A stretch of 62,968 bases of DNA, filler included, from Octopus bimaculoides (taxonomy: Eukaryota), in assembly GCF_001194135.2 (NCBI RefSeq). It is 6 parts of 6 records of this genome, joined end to end, with 100 filler letters (N's around TTAATTAATTAA, not from the genome) between each part and the next. Parts side by side here need not be neighbours in the genome. Positions count along the whole stretch, not along the records: positions 15,299 to 44,258 come from NC_068983.1; 5 more parts are not named here. One strand, 5' to 3'. Positions 26,920 through 39,977 of this stretch are shown one piece after another. Every line of letters starts with the position of its first letter. Position 1 is the first letter of the stretch. The translations under genes were made by a program, and so were the position numbers. The notes under the pieces were generated by a model. That model was not told the origin of the DNA. It saw only the letters and a program-made list of their open reading frames with translations, and searched no databases.

Positions 26920-27260
26920 TATGTTTGACTTTTGTTTTGCATTTGTACAAGTTGGATCCAAGTCTCANNNNNNNNNNCGTGCATAGGAGGTCCTGTGCTT
27001 TGTATTGCAGTGAAATTTCATTTTTTAAGAATAAAAAATATTCTTAAAAAAATTATCTTCGTTAAAAGACCGCTTCCTTCAAATCTTCCACCGGTTCTTT
27101 TGGCTAATTCCATCGATGTTATTGGATTAGATATGTTTTTGTATAGGGAGCCCGGTGTAGCACATCCTGTTGTTGTTGTTCTTAAGGCTGAAATCCAGAA
27201 AGTACCTTATCACCCTGGACAACTTTGTGATACTTTCGAATTTCATAAAATAATGTCCTA
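26920..27260 (-). mobile_element. R4/Dong-like 3' end (third copy)
   Basis: ATGTTTGACTTTTGTTTTGCATTTGTACAAGTTG matches the 3' terminus at 18098 (ATGTTTGACTATTGCTTTGTATTTGTACAAGTTG); abuts (TTA)n; upstream extent uncertain. Confidence 0.65.
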
Positions 27261-27269
27261 GTCAAGAAT

Positions 27270-27505
27270 ATATATATATAATCTTTGTCTGTATGTATTT
27301 TAGTGTCTGTGTTTAACCCCCGACCTTCGAATGACAATCTAACCTATTGTATTTACGTCCACGTAACATAACAGTTAGGCCAAAACAATATGATACAATA
27401 AGTATTAGGCTTATAAAGAATGAGTCCTGGGGTCAATGTTTTCGACTAAATGCGGTGCTCCAGTATTGCCGCAGTCAAATGACTAAAATAAATAAAAGAA
27501 TATGA
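27270..27505 (+). mobile_element. SINE family B, 3' half
   Basis: AATAAGTATTAGGCTTATAAAGAATGAGTCCTGGGGTC...GCGGTGCTCCAGTATTGCCGCAGTCAAATGACT is homologous to the reverse of 49890-49990. Confidence 0.75.
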
Positions 27506-28382
27506 AAATGTTTCTTTGATATCTGCTGTATGTACGCATTGTTCACTGCGCGCCGCTACTCCACTGAGACACATGACAGTTTTCCCAGTATTCATTTCGC
27601 AGCTAAAGTTTGAACTTCGTTATCTTTTGCCACATAAATACATGTACATTTTATATCATTTACGTTTTATTGTTGCAACCATCAAAATATATTACAGGCA
27701 CTAATTTTCTGGTAGTATAGTAACATTACTCGATTCTTTGAATTCAACGGCTTTATTATAATGTAGGCAATTTTGTATTTGAGAGTTGACACATATACGA
27801 AGTAACACAATATAACTTTTTTTCCGCAGGTGTTGAAAGGAAACTCATAAGAACTACATGCAGGATATGAATGACGTGAAGATAAATACACAAGCACAAT
27901 TACACAACCAGGCGAGTTTCGAAACAGACAAGTGTTCAGTGCAGACATTTCCATAAATTTTGTAATCAGCTATACAAAAATGTATACTGCATCAAAGAAA
28001 TAAGTTTATAAATTGTAGAAACCAAACCAAATGAACAAAGAATAAATTGAATGACACCAAGAATCAAAGCGCTTAAACGAAATCGACGTTGACCAGATAT
28101 ATCACAAAAGAATGAAAGCGAATATCGATAAAAGTTCACACTCTCTGACTGAAGATTCTGTAACATCAAGTAAAAGTATGAAAATAAAAATGATAGACTA
28201 CGAGTGTAATTTTGAAAAGCAGATGTCAACCGGTTATAAAGAAAAGGAAAACTTGATTATGGATCTGTCTGACTAAAAGACACCTGAATACAAAAATCTT
28301 TTGTTGTCTGATATTTAGAATCTTATACGTAAAAGTAAAAAACAAAAATACATTCTTATATGTAAATGTGGGTGGGTGTGTT

Positions 28383-28384
<2 letters not shown>

Positions 28385-28470
<86 letters not shown>
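28385..28470. repeat. (TA)n microsatellite
   Basis: Direct inspection. Confidence 0.95.
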
Positions 28471-28473
<3 letters not shown>

Positions 28474-31400
28474 GAGAGAGAGAGATACATGTTTGTGAAT
28501 AAGCCTGTAACCACATGTACACACGCACACATATATAATATAATACACACGCATATAGCTTTATATATATGATATACGACAGAGATTTGCACAAACCCAT
28601 CTAGTAAATTCGTCTCATAATGTTATTGCTCTTCTGCTTTTGAAGAAGATATTTGCCAAGTAACAATGTTGCTGAGATGGAAGGGGAAATATGGCTTGAA
28701 AGAGACAATACAATATATAAATCACTCAGTCCAGTAGGAACCTATAGTACATGCTTACGTCCTAATTAAAATGAATATATTTTCACTTGTACGGAAAATT
28801 GTGTAATGACATCTAATAATCTAATATCTTATTCATTTTAATATAGTCTTTTGAAGATTGAGAAATGTTGAATCACAAAATTCAAATACTGTCATTGTTC
28901 TTAGTTATGGAGCAGACCTACGAAGTGCTGTCATGGTCACAACCCTCATTTTTAGCCACTAGATCTATTCGTACCTTAGACTTCGTCTCCCATATGATGT
29001 AAATTATAAGTTATACTTTGAACGAAATTTGGCTCCAATTTTGTTGCAGGTAATGTAATATTTCATATCGTTGTATATATGGAATTTTAATCGAAGCAAT
29101 ACATGCTTTATTGCTTTAAAATTCCAACAATTTATAGTATATGATTTCACCAGAACCAGAGAAGAATTAAATTGTTAATCATGTCCCTATATACTACTAC
29201 GTAAGCAAAGTGAAATATATTCAGGTTACAATGATTACAAGAAATATATTTATTGAAATATTGCATTTTCATTATGGCTTTTCTCTAACAATAGACTCAA
29301 TTTCAAGTGTGAATATTCTCGAGTGGGATATTGTCTCTTGATTATGTTTTGAATCAATGTAATTTCAAAGCTCTAGCACTGCATTGCATTGAATTTAATT
29401 CGTCCCTTGATATTTAATAATCGATTTAATATTATATATATATCCTCAACGTAGACAAAGTATTTACATGAAGTTAAAATTCTCGTGAGAAGGCATCAAC
29501 GAATTATGTATGTTAGCTGAATAGTCAGAATATATTGAATTGTAACCGCAAATTTGCATACCTCTTGTTATAAGATTTTAACCATAACATGAAATCAAAG
29601 ATTTGAAATTTAATCTATGTCGCTGGTCAAATTCCATTATTAAGAAACGATTAATGCATATGGAGTTAAGAAAGCTGTCAAGCAATAACATTAATTCACA
29701 TTTTACCGTTCCTTTCACCAATATCTAAGAAATGTGACTTCAAAATATTTATCAGAGATGGCATGTTTAAAGGATATTATATAAACATTCCAAGTATTTG
29801 TCAAAATTTGTTTACTATTTGAAGATCTAAAATGATGTTGCTAATGCACGAGCACAAATTTTCGAGATGTTGAAAAGCAGCTTGCAATAACTTGAATCAT
29901 TTAACCAGTCTCTATAAATTTCTACGCCTCAGCCATTTTAAAAAGGCCAATGGAAAAGAATGAGCGAAGCGAACAATGGTATTTCTAGGGTTTCCTCAGC
30001 TTATAAGAGGAAAAAACTAAATTATATTAAAGCCGAATGCCTGGCTCGAATACTACACATGAGTCTTATCCACTAAAATCTTTTAAGCGATAAATTGTGG
30101 TATCAAAGCTGGGGATGATTAAGGGAAGTAGAAACTACATAAATTATACATTCATGCATTCAAACTGTTGCGAAATACGGTGAAAAATATTAATATTCAC
30201 ACTTTCCTATGATCATCTATATTTTAGCTTTTACAATATTATCAAATTATTTCCAGCAGTGGTGTGTAATATCAAAACATTCCATTTTATTTTGAAGATT
30301 AGTAGTGTGAGATTTCAAGGTGAACCTGGTGCCATTTTTTGCAGATGAAGTGACAAGTTAGAGATTGGATTGTTTCAATACTTGTGATTTTGAGTACATT
30401 TTTAACACTGTGTAGAAAATGTGTTATTGAAATATATATTTGTTACATTGGAATAGTTATTGCAAAGAAATATATTTTGAAGTAAATGCATAATAACTTT
30501 GTTAGCTATAGTTTGGTTTGATTACTACAGTGATCAGAGGAAGCGTGAAATATTTAGATTAGAATTCTTTTTAATGTAGGTTGTGTACTTGTTTACCATG
30601 TTCAGATGAAGTTTATAGGTTTTTACATAAGAACTGATTTCAATGGTTGTTTTTTTTTGTTTTTTTTAAACCAAAATTAAGTTCAGCCGTGATGAAAGTG
30701 TTTATTTGTTTTGAGAGAGTATATTATTAAATGAATTATCCCATATTTCATCATAACTTTACTGAGTCTTTCAATAAGAATATGCTTCTGATTTTATAAA
30801 GTGTCCTTTATACAGGAATCACGTGCTTTTTTGCATGAAATATACTGTGAGTAAATGCTAGTTAAGTTTAGGTTGAAATACTGCAATTGGGATAACATTG
30901 CCATGAAAACCGATTTTCGACTGCGGTAGATCCTGTAGGTTTGATAGGTATCTAAGTTTTACCTGGAACTTAATGCATATTGTGCTTTGTTATTCTTATT
31001 ATTCAGATTTGAACCCATATTATTTAATTCACCCTTTGTTTACAAAGCATTTTTCATCACAATACAAGTAAATTTCACCGTTATGTCTAGTGGGTTATAT
31101 CACTGCTCACTAATGCTCGAACGTCAGAGCTATGCGGCTGAAGACACAAATTATACGTAAGTGAAGGATAAATGAATACCTATACCAACATTATTTTTTA
31201 CACCTTCGGGACTAGAACTCCTGACAGAGTTCCGTTTGTGAAGGCGGCGAGTAGGTAGAAAGCAGTGTTAGCATAGGCACTTATTTATCGTTCACTCACG
31301 TATAATTTCTCTTTTTCTGCCGCGTATCTTTAATGCGTGTCCTTTACTTATACATCATACACTCTATAACTCGGCCGTTCGCAGCGATTAATTGATTCAA

Positions 31401-32976
31401 CAAATCTTTCTTTTTTTTTATAAATTGATCATATGGAAAGCCCCTTCTTTATAAGTGAAGAAAGCAAATCATTGAAATATATTTACACACACGTTTGTGT
31501 GGTGGATTTCTAAATTACATGCACACAAGNNNNNNNNNNNNNNNNNNNNNNNNNNNNNNNNNNNNNNNNNNNNNNNNNNNNNNNNNNNNNNNNNNNNNTG
31601 TGTGTGTGGGTGTGTGTGCACACATACATATAATTAACAGAAAAAGAACCATCCCAAGTTGTGTTTTTTAATCTAAACGTATAGATATCGGTGGTTGCAT
31701 TTCAATTTTATTCGTAAATGAAAAGGAGTTCGGATGCTGAGTCATTACACAACGATTTTTGTTTTTTTTATGGAACATGCAACGTCAGAAAAATGCAGTA
31801 AGAGATTGAAAAGAAGTAGTATCATGGAAAATAAAATGGGATTCCATAAAAAAACTAGTGAGAAAGGGAGAAAATGAGTATATGAGAAAGAGAACATGTT
31901 AGAAAGAGAGAGAATAGCCATTAGATTCCAGTCGAGAATGGTTAATGGGCGCTTTTATATAACCTGTAGTGACAACACAAGAACAACAATTTTAGATAGG
32001 AAAAAAAGCAAATTTGAAAAACTTGGAAACGCATTACACATTATTTTTTGCTTTTTTTTTTAGAATTTTTCAATCTATTTTTTGCTACGTTATAATTGTC
32101 TGATGTGACACATTATTTATTCTGGAGATCAGTGAAAAGCATTGTGAAACGATGGTTTAATAGATTTTCAAATTTTTTCAGTATAATTCTGAGAATTATG
32201 TAAGAACAAAATATGGAAATAGATTTTTTAAGATTTTTAGTGTGGGGTCTGGGGGTATTTATTTTACATTTTCTTTGTGATCGAAAGAAAACATCTAATT
32301 AGACTTTCAAATTAATTTCCAGGCAGTTTTATTTCATTCCATTTCCGAATTATGCATTAAAAGAAACAAATAATCTATTCGTGAAAATTTATTCAATTTT
32401 CATTTTACTGTATATACACAATGTAAATATATGCTACACGTAGATATTAGTGCATTTAAAATATTCATGTATACATTATAACCACCTGTCGCTGGTAGCC
32501 ATTTCATTTCATTTACACGACTAATGCCGTTGGGAAATGCATGTACACACTCAAGCATCTCAACGCTACTCATATAATTCTGCGTATTTTTGTAAGCGAC
32601 AATAAATTTGTAGTGTGTGTATGTGGGGAAGCTATGGATCTCTATTGGATTTAATGAATGGTTATGTATTCTTCAGATAATTGAACAACACATAACAATT
32701 CATACGGATTTATTACCTTCCCAAATATATGTCTTTGAATATCATACTAATTAAGAACAATAATAATGTGTAACAACTGGCTCACTTTAGAAAGGAGATA
32801 AGTGAGAGCAGGTTTCATTGTTATCTGTTGACTGTTAGAACTAAAATAGATTTCATCTTAACCTGCGTGGGATGTGCTCCACGCAGCGCATACTTAACAC
32901 TTCACTTTTTAATTTTTTTAAATGGAATTTATATGAAAACACACTCACAGATACACGCAAATATACATGTGTGTGT

Positions 32977-33018
<42 letters not shown>

Positions 33019-33062
33019 ATGCATACCTATATTAATATATCTATTTAGGGGTAGCTATATGT

Positions 33063-33064
33063 AT

Positions 33065-33119
<55 letters not shown>

Positions 33120-33369
33120 TACATATATATATATATATTTATATAAATATGTGTGTGTCTATATACATGTTATCTATAAACTGCGTGTGAGGATATATAT
33201 ATATATGTATGTATGTATGTGTGTATGTATATAATTTAGAGAAAAACACTATTTAGTAATCCAATAATGAAGAATGTAATTCATACCCTCCAAAGAATTA
33301 AAATATCATAAACAACTTATTCTAAAAATACAAATGGATGGATAGACAGACATACAGTCAGACAGACAA

Positions 33370-33435
<66 letters not shown>
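33063..33435. repeat. Two (GATA)n arrays (about 33063-33120 and 33371-33435)
   Basis: Direct inspection. Confidence 0.9.
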
Positions 33436-35949
33436 GCATGGAGGGATGTTGGAATGATGAATGCGCACAGAATTACTTTTTATGCAAGACATGTGAAGCA
33501 TGAGGTATTATGTAATATGGTAATGCTTCCGAAGCTAATAGAATAAACACATAACACAACATCTGATATATATTCTCTCAGTCTTTTACACGTATCTCAC
33601 ACCTACTTGTTTAATCCCCATTAAGAAATAGCTTCTGCATTTTAGATAAGAATAATGCAATGTGTTGTTTCTTTGATCTCTCCATATATTCATGCGAATC
33701 TTCTATTCCTTATACCTTGATTCTTTTTAATTTTAACTTACATGCTTTCTAGTTCCGTATATTTTTTTCCATTAAACTAGAGCAAAGTTATATAATTTGT
33801 TTCCTGGACTGATATAATGCCTGTAACATATCTTAAATCCGTGCTTCTGCAGCTTAATCCGTAAATCAATGCATTTCTGAAATGCTAAGTAAATTTATCT
33901 GCATTTCTGCTGTGGTCCTATTGGGAATTATTAGAAACCGATGAAAAGATTTATTGAGAAAGTAAGTCACTGAAGTTATCGTTCACTTCTCTTTCAAATT
34001 ACATTAAACTGATATACAAATCTTTTCTGTTGCGATTAAATTAATTCTTCTATCGAATTTCACAGTGGATAATTCTAAATGCTATTAGTTAAATAAATGG
34101 AATGCAAATCTGTGTTATACATACAAGCACTTGAATTAAAATCACACATAGCTACAAACAACTTCCGATAGAGCAAACAGAAAATAATAAAAGAAAGCGT
34201 ATCACAATTTATTTGGATACATATAGAAACATCTTTACATAAATACTGAACATTATTTTCTACTCATCATCATTGAATTAGAACTTAATCAAACTCTATC
34301 GAGTAAATATATATGATCAAAGAAGACCGCGCTTGGATTATCCATCATTTAGAATATCTTGGTTTCCATTTGGCAATGTTTTCCGTCTTTTGATGATACG
34401 AGGCGCAATTTTAATGTCTTTGGCTACTAACTGAAGCAGCCTATAATCTACAGTTGTGTTCTCTGTTTGTGCAAACTTCACACTCTTCAGATTTTCAATT
34501 GCAAATATTTAGAAAATATCAAGTAACTGATATTGATAGCAAGGTACGATTTTCACATGAGCAATGTGTTTTTGTTTGTTAATCGGTACTTATAATTCAA
34601 TTGGTGACAATTCGCACTGACAGGACTGTGTTACTACGTTTTTCGAAAGGTGAAACTCTCATCTTCATGAGAAATGTCAAACGACCGATTGCACAATATT
34701 TTGTGATGTCAGACTGATGCATAAAATATATTTGTAATAATATGTGGCATTTCTTTAGTCACTTTCTTCTAACCTCGTTGGGTTGTGCGGTGAACCAGAT
34801 ATACTTCAGTTTATTAACATGGAATATAATTCATTAGAAATCAATTTGCAACCAGGGTATGTATCAAGTATTATATAAAGATTATTCACTAATAATAAGA
34901 TCATGTAACAAACACAGACACGCATATAAATAGTATCTATATGTATGGATGTAAAAAATAGGTAATACCCTCCTACCTTTTGATTTGGTATTGACATCTT
35001 TATTTCTGTTAAGAGTTTCGAATATGCGAGGTGAGGTCAGAAAGATTAGGAGAAATATTTACTGCGGTTGCCAATCAGTCATTGGTAGGAAGGCTAACGA
35101 GGAAGTTTACAAATTTGCTCCATGTTGCCTCCTACCGTCAAAATATTTTTTTTGTGGATTTGTGCCGTTCTTTTACAAAGTACTTGCAACTTTTGCGATG
35201 TTTACTTAACTAAAATATTGATAGAAGTTGAGGAAATTTGTAATTAAGGAGCTCGAAATGTTTTTTATGAGTTTTAGTAATTACTATGTAGTCCAACCAT
35301 GAATTATTTAAGAGGCAGATCTTTTGTAAACCATATCGGGGACCTACTTTTGATTAAAAATTTCCATGGTTAAACAATCGCTGGCTGCATTTTCATCAGA
35401 CCTGGGTTGTTTATAATTATTGTCTATTTAGTACCTTGTTTAGCTGTAACTTCATTCTCTTTATTCCTTACTGATTGTTTAATGGGGTCAGTCTCTAATT
35501 CAGTTAGTAATTTCTTTTTCATAAGGTTTCTCTTGATGCTGGCAAGTTTGTTACTATGTAGCGTCTTACTTCAAATTGTGTCTGTCTCTAGTTTAAGTAG
35601 ATTTGTGCAGTATTAGATTTATTTGTGGGGAAATACAAGGCATCATAGAAGGCCTTAAGAACTTCTTTATTATCTCCCCCAAACCCTTGTTCCTTCTATT
35701 TCATAAAATTTGCCATAAGGCATTACAAAGATGGATGCACGAAGCAAATGCGGGATGGACAATAACACAAATGAAATGAATGATGATTAAAATGATGACA
35801 TTCATGAGAGAAGTAATCGACGCCCGCTGATCGACGCTTTTCGAAAACATTGATTATTTTTTCTTCTTTTATAAACAATCAGGCTATATACCTCTTACTT
35901 TTAGTTCACAAGATGTTTTCAAATGAGTTTCTTACGTTTTACACAGATG

Positions 35950-37470
35950 TACTTTACGGCCTTGCAAAAATGAGGCACTAAACCAGTTATGTTTTTTTCA
36001 ACTCAGGACTTTCATGCCCGGCTAGGTACATTGCCTCATTCAAGCTCCTGGACGGTGCCAAATCGGGCAAATTTAACATAAACTTGAATATATCCTCGGG
36101 GAAGGAGACCATTACCTTGTACAAGTCAGTTTCTGTTATGACGATCTCCACAACCACCTGCGGAAGCCAATCAGGGTCCTTAGTACAGATTAGAATCCCT
36201 TCCCTGTGGCCTTTTATTAAAACTTCTTAGCGAAGTTTTCCAAGGTCCTCCCTTGTGAAAGAGGATTACAAAAGCCTCCTCCGCCGCATAGGAAGGTCTT
36301 GCAGTTTCTTCCGTCGGTGGCACAATTCCCACCTACGAGATTTCGGGACATGCCGGCACTGTGTTACTAACCGCTGGCTGTGCCCCGTTTTTCTTTTTCT
36401 CTTTTCTCCGTTGAGCCACGGGAGGGTGGAGTTCCTCCGTTATGTCCGGAAGATTTTCCTTCCCTCCAGAAGCTTTCGGATACCTCGGCGGGCAACCATT
36501 GTTGCCCACCTTCTTCCTTTTACGCCCCCATTTTTGGAGGTTTCCACCTGCTGTACAGTCTCCATCTCTCCCTTCGTATGGGGAGGGACGGCTTTTCCAC
36601 AACCAACTGTTCCAGGACACAACTCTGGTCCTGGGGACAGTTCTTCTTGATATGGCCCGATTCCAGGCACGGTGACACCTGGTAAGGAGACGTCCCTCAA
36701 GACAAACCGCATACCTAGAACAGGCCAATTTTCAAAATTTCTGGGAAGACCAGATTTTTGGCTCACTGGGTCCACAAGGTCAAAAAAGCTTTTGACACAA
36801 CCCAATCAGCAGTAGGCAAAATGTTAACACTGAGGAGCTTGGCTCCACTGTCACCCAGACCCCTGCGGATAGTGCCCCTATACACTCGGGTTCTATCCCG
36901 AGTGGCAAACCGCAGATCCATGCCCTTGTCAACTTCTTCCCACAATACGTGGGAAGAAACAATATTTCTTCGTCCTCCAAGAGCTGACTTGCAAAATTGT
37001 GCGCCGCTTCAGGGGTGTCAAATAGCAACCACACCTTCACATATTTGAACCCCCTGTAAATAAATTTTATAGTTGGCATATATTTTGCTTCCCTCACTAC
37101 TGTGTGGACGTGTTTTTTTTATGCCTCCTGGCGGGCGTTTTTGCTGTTGAGGTTGTTGTTGGTGTTGCTTTTGTTGCTCGTTGGAATACCTGTTGGATTT
37201 GTTGCTGTTGAACGAATGAATTATTGTTGAATATTTGTTGAGCTGTTTTATTTCCCGGTCTTACCGGGGAATAATTGCAATAATTATTGAGTTTGCTGGC
37301 CATTGCGGCATTTTGTTAGAACATTTTGTATTTTTCAACTGTGAATGGTCTTTCTAGACTATTTTTGTGCCCCTCCCTCTAGCGGGGATGGGATTTGAAC
37401 TGTTTGAACGTTTTTATTGTCCTCTTTAAGGGGAAAACCTTTTTAGGCTTCCCAGTTTGTGTGGGAAACC
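35950..37470 (-). mobile_element. L1/Tx1-like element, 5' region and disrupted ORF1 (gag-like)
   Basis: Q/T-rich N-terminus from ATG 37303; LFLPTYCGKKLTRAWICGLP; VCLEGR followed by a CCHC knuckle CHRCLESGHIKKNC (36637-36677, 1-nt frameshift); GC-rich relative to flanks. Confidence 0.75.
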
Positions 37471-37649
37471 AATTTAATTTTTTGTTAATTCGTTTATTAA
37501 TTTCAACCGAATTATGTCAGTTGAAATTATACACCAACAGTGTACTGTCATAGAGATCGATAATGTAAAGGAAAATAATAATGCAGAAACGTTCTCCACG
37601 GTTGTCGCAGTGGCAACTGAAATTATTGACATTAATGTTGATTTATTAA

Positions 37650-38920
37650 AGATGTGTTTAAAAGAATGAAGGAGGAGAGTGGTGATGTTACAGTATCAAC
37701 CTCCTTCAATAGTTTGGCGAATGAAAACCGGACTGTAGTGTTTAAAACCTTCTGTCCGAAGGACAAAAGCTTTGCACACTTTGAAAAAGAAAAGATTGAA
37801 AAATGCCTGTCCCCGATGTGGAATATGATACAAGAGAAAAAATACCCCAACGATATTAACGTGAAGCATAATAAAACAAGACTTTATCCACAACATAAGG
37901 ACCTTATGAACAGATGCGCCACAATATGATAATACCTATACCGGGACTTAAAGGCGAGGCATCATTCGGCCATCTGGAAGATAGTCGACTTACTCAATTA
38001 CCTGAAGAAAGAGAAGGAAGGGGCTGACTCACGTGTGGTGAAATCGGCCCCAACTTCTCCAGCGAAAGGTAAGTAGAACTTACATTTTGGCCTTACTCAA
38101 CCTTGGTTGATTAAATGTGTGTGGTCTCAGTTCGAAGTGGAAGTAGGCTTGTTTCCTCGACAACCTCAGATCACATGATATACATGTGATGGTTTCTACA
38201 GAGACCAAGCTGGACAGTTTACAAATCTTGTCGCCTCTCCTGAATGGCAATGAGAAGATCATGTCTCCTGGCCAGACCGGAGGACGAGGGGGTGCTGTGG
38301 TAATGACCCGTAAAGTCTTGGCTCTGCAGAGAAGTAAAGTCTATGTGGACCCTGAAGGTGGGATGGTCGTCCTTGATGTGGCATACTGTAGTAAGGCCTT
38401 CAAGTTGATCGGACTCTATGCACCTTGTGCTAGAGGTTTCCAAACTTGATTTTTATCGGTGCCTAGAGGACATTCCCGTGATGTAGTGGTGTTAGGGGAC
38501 TTTAATGGTATCGTTGACGCACGCATCGATAACGTTGGCTCGACTGATAGGAAAGTGATCTGCTTACGCGTTTTCAGCTGGCAGATCGTTACAGGCTTGA
38601 CCATCCGAACGTCCCAGATTGGACCTGCATGAGTGGCGACGGAAGGTTCAAGTCTTATTTAGATTGGATTTGATAAGGACTAGAGATAAGTCTAGTTTTA
38701 GTTGTCCACCGCTTGTCTAGGTGTCCTACACTAACCATAGAATTGTTCAGTGTAGCTTGGACATAGTACATTTAAGAAAGGACCCGGCTACTGAAAGCTG
38801 AACAAGTCTATTTTGACTTGTAAAGCATACCGTAGTCGGATTAAGGTGTTAATGCAGAGGGCGTTAACGGGAGCCGTGGTTAATAACCGGTGGGGGTTCG
38901 CCCTCAAAAGAGCCATTATT
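37650..38920 (+). mobile_element. L1/Tx1-like element: ORF1 pieces plus ORF2 AP endonuclease, 3'-truncated
   Basis: NENRTVVFKTF (probable ORF1); LNVCGL, ETKL, LYAP, GDFN (38495-38506), SYLD, DHR, GPGYWKLN; no RT downstream. Confidence 0.85.
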
Positions 38921-39913
38921 ATGGTTTGTTCCCAGTCAGCCTTTGATCGAGTAATTCCTTGATATATCTCATTTGAATAATTATAATTTCCTCCTTATTT
39001 TTAATATAAAAAAATGTATCATCCACTGTGTCCCTTATTTTAATATGTTAAGTCTCAGGTTCATGGTACATTCGTCAGTTAATTCCAGCTTTTCCAGGAA
39101 TTACATAGAGGTTGTCTCAGAGTATGGCTTTTTTTATATCTTAAGGAATGATGATATTTTCTTGACATACTTGAAATAAGTGAATTTGGATCGTAATACT
39201 TTTCAGAAAACTGCTCCCACGCCAAGGTAATGGTGTGAATTAGTGAAAATATGGTGATATTCAATTTGCAAGAACGTTTAGGTGTAAGCGATAATATATT
39301 TAGAAGTATTGAAATTAAATCTATGTGCGTGTTACAAAGCAAGATATAAGACTAGTTCATGCCGGCATATTTAAAATGGAACAATTTCATTATATGACAG
39401 AGTTACGAGAAAATGTCTTAAAGGTAAGAAAATAGCGAAAATTTTAATTGGAAAGTGACAGAGCTTGGCACTTTTGATATAATTTTTTCTAATGAGAGAA
39501 GAGAAAAATGAAGTGAAATGAAATTAATTTGAAATAAATGAGACATTTATAGTATACACGGTAACATAACACTCCAAATAGTCATGCACATTGCACAAAC
39601 ATAAACATAAGCAACTAAGTACACGTACATACATGGATGCATTCATTAATGTATATATACAGAAGTTGCTACATGTAAAAATGTTGTGGTATTAAAATGA
39701 TTCGTTTATGACATTTTAATTCAAATCACTGATTATCATGATATATCTCTGAATTTAATTAAATGCCTGAAGTAATCCATTTTATTTAATGACTTTCGTT
39801 TATTTCTCCGAAGTGTTTGCCTATTCAAAGTGTTGGCATCTTACACATTTACATTAGCCAGCCATTTCGTTTTGCGACACTAATCTCACTCTCTTCTCCG
39901 CATTAAAGGTGTT

Positions 39914-39917
<4 letters not shown>

Positions 39918-39976
<59 letters not shown>
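39918..39976. repeat. (CT)n microsatellite
   Basis: Direct inspection. Confidence 0.95.

Positions 39977-39977
<1 letters not shown>

Noticed and set aside
27830-28270. Strong splice acceptor CTTTTTTTCCGCAG followed by A-rich short frames (MQDMNDVK..., MKANIDKSS...)
   Set aside because: All frames stop quickly, with no recognisable protein or partner exon; a non-coding exon cannot be excluded.
34630-34670. Minus-strand hammerhead-like ATGAAGATGAGAG...CTTTCGAAA
   Set aside because: Core C is missing, helix III is out of register and there is no helix I.
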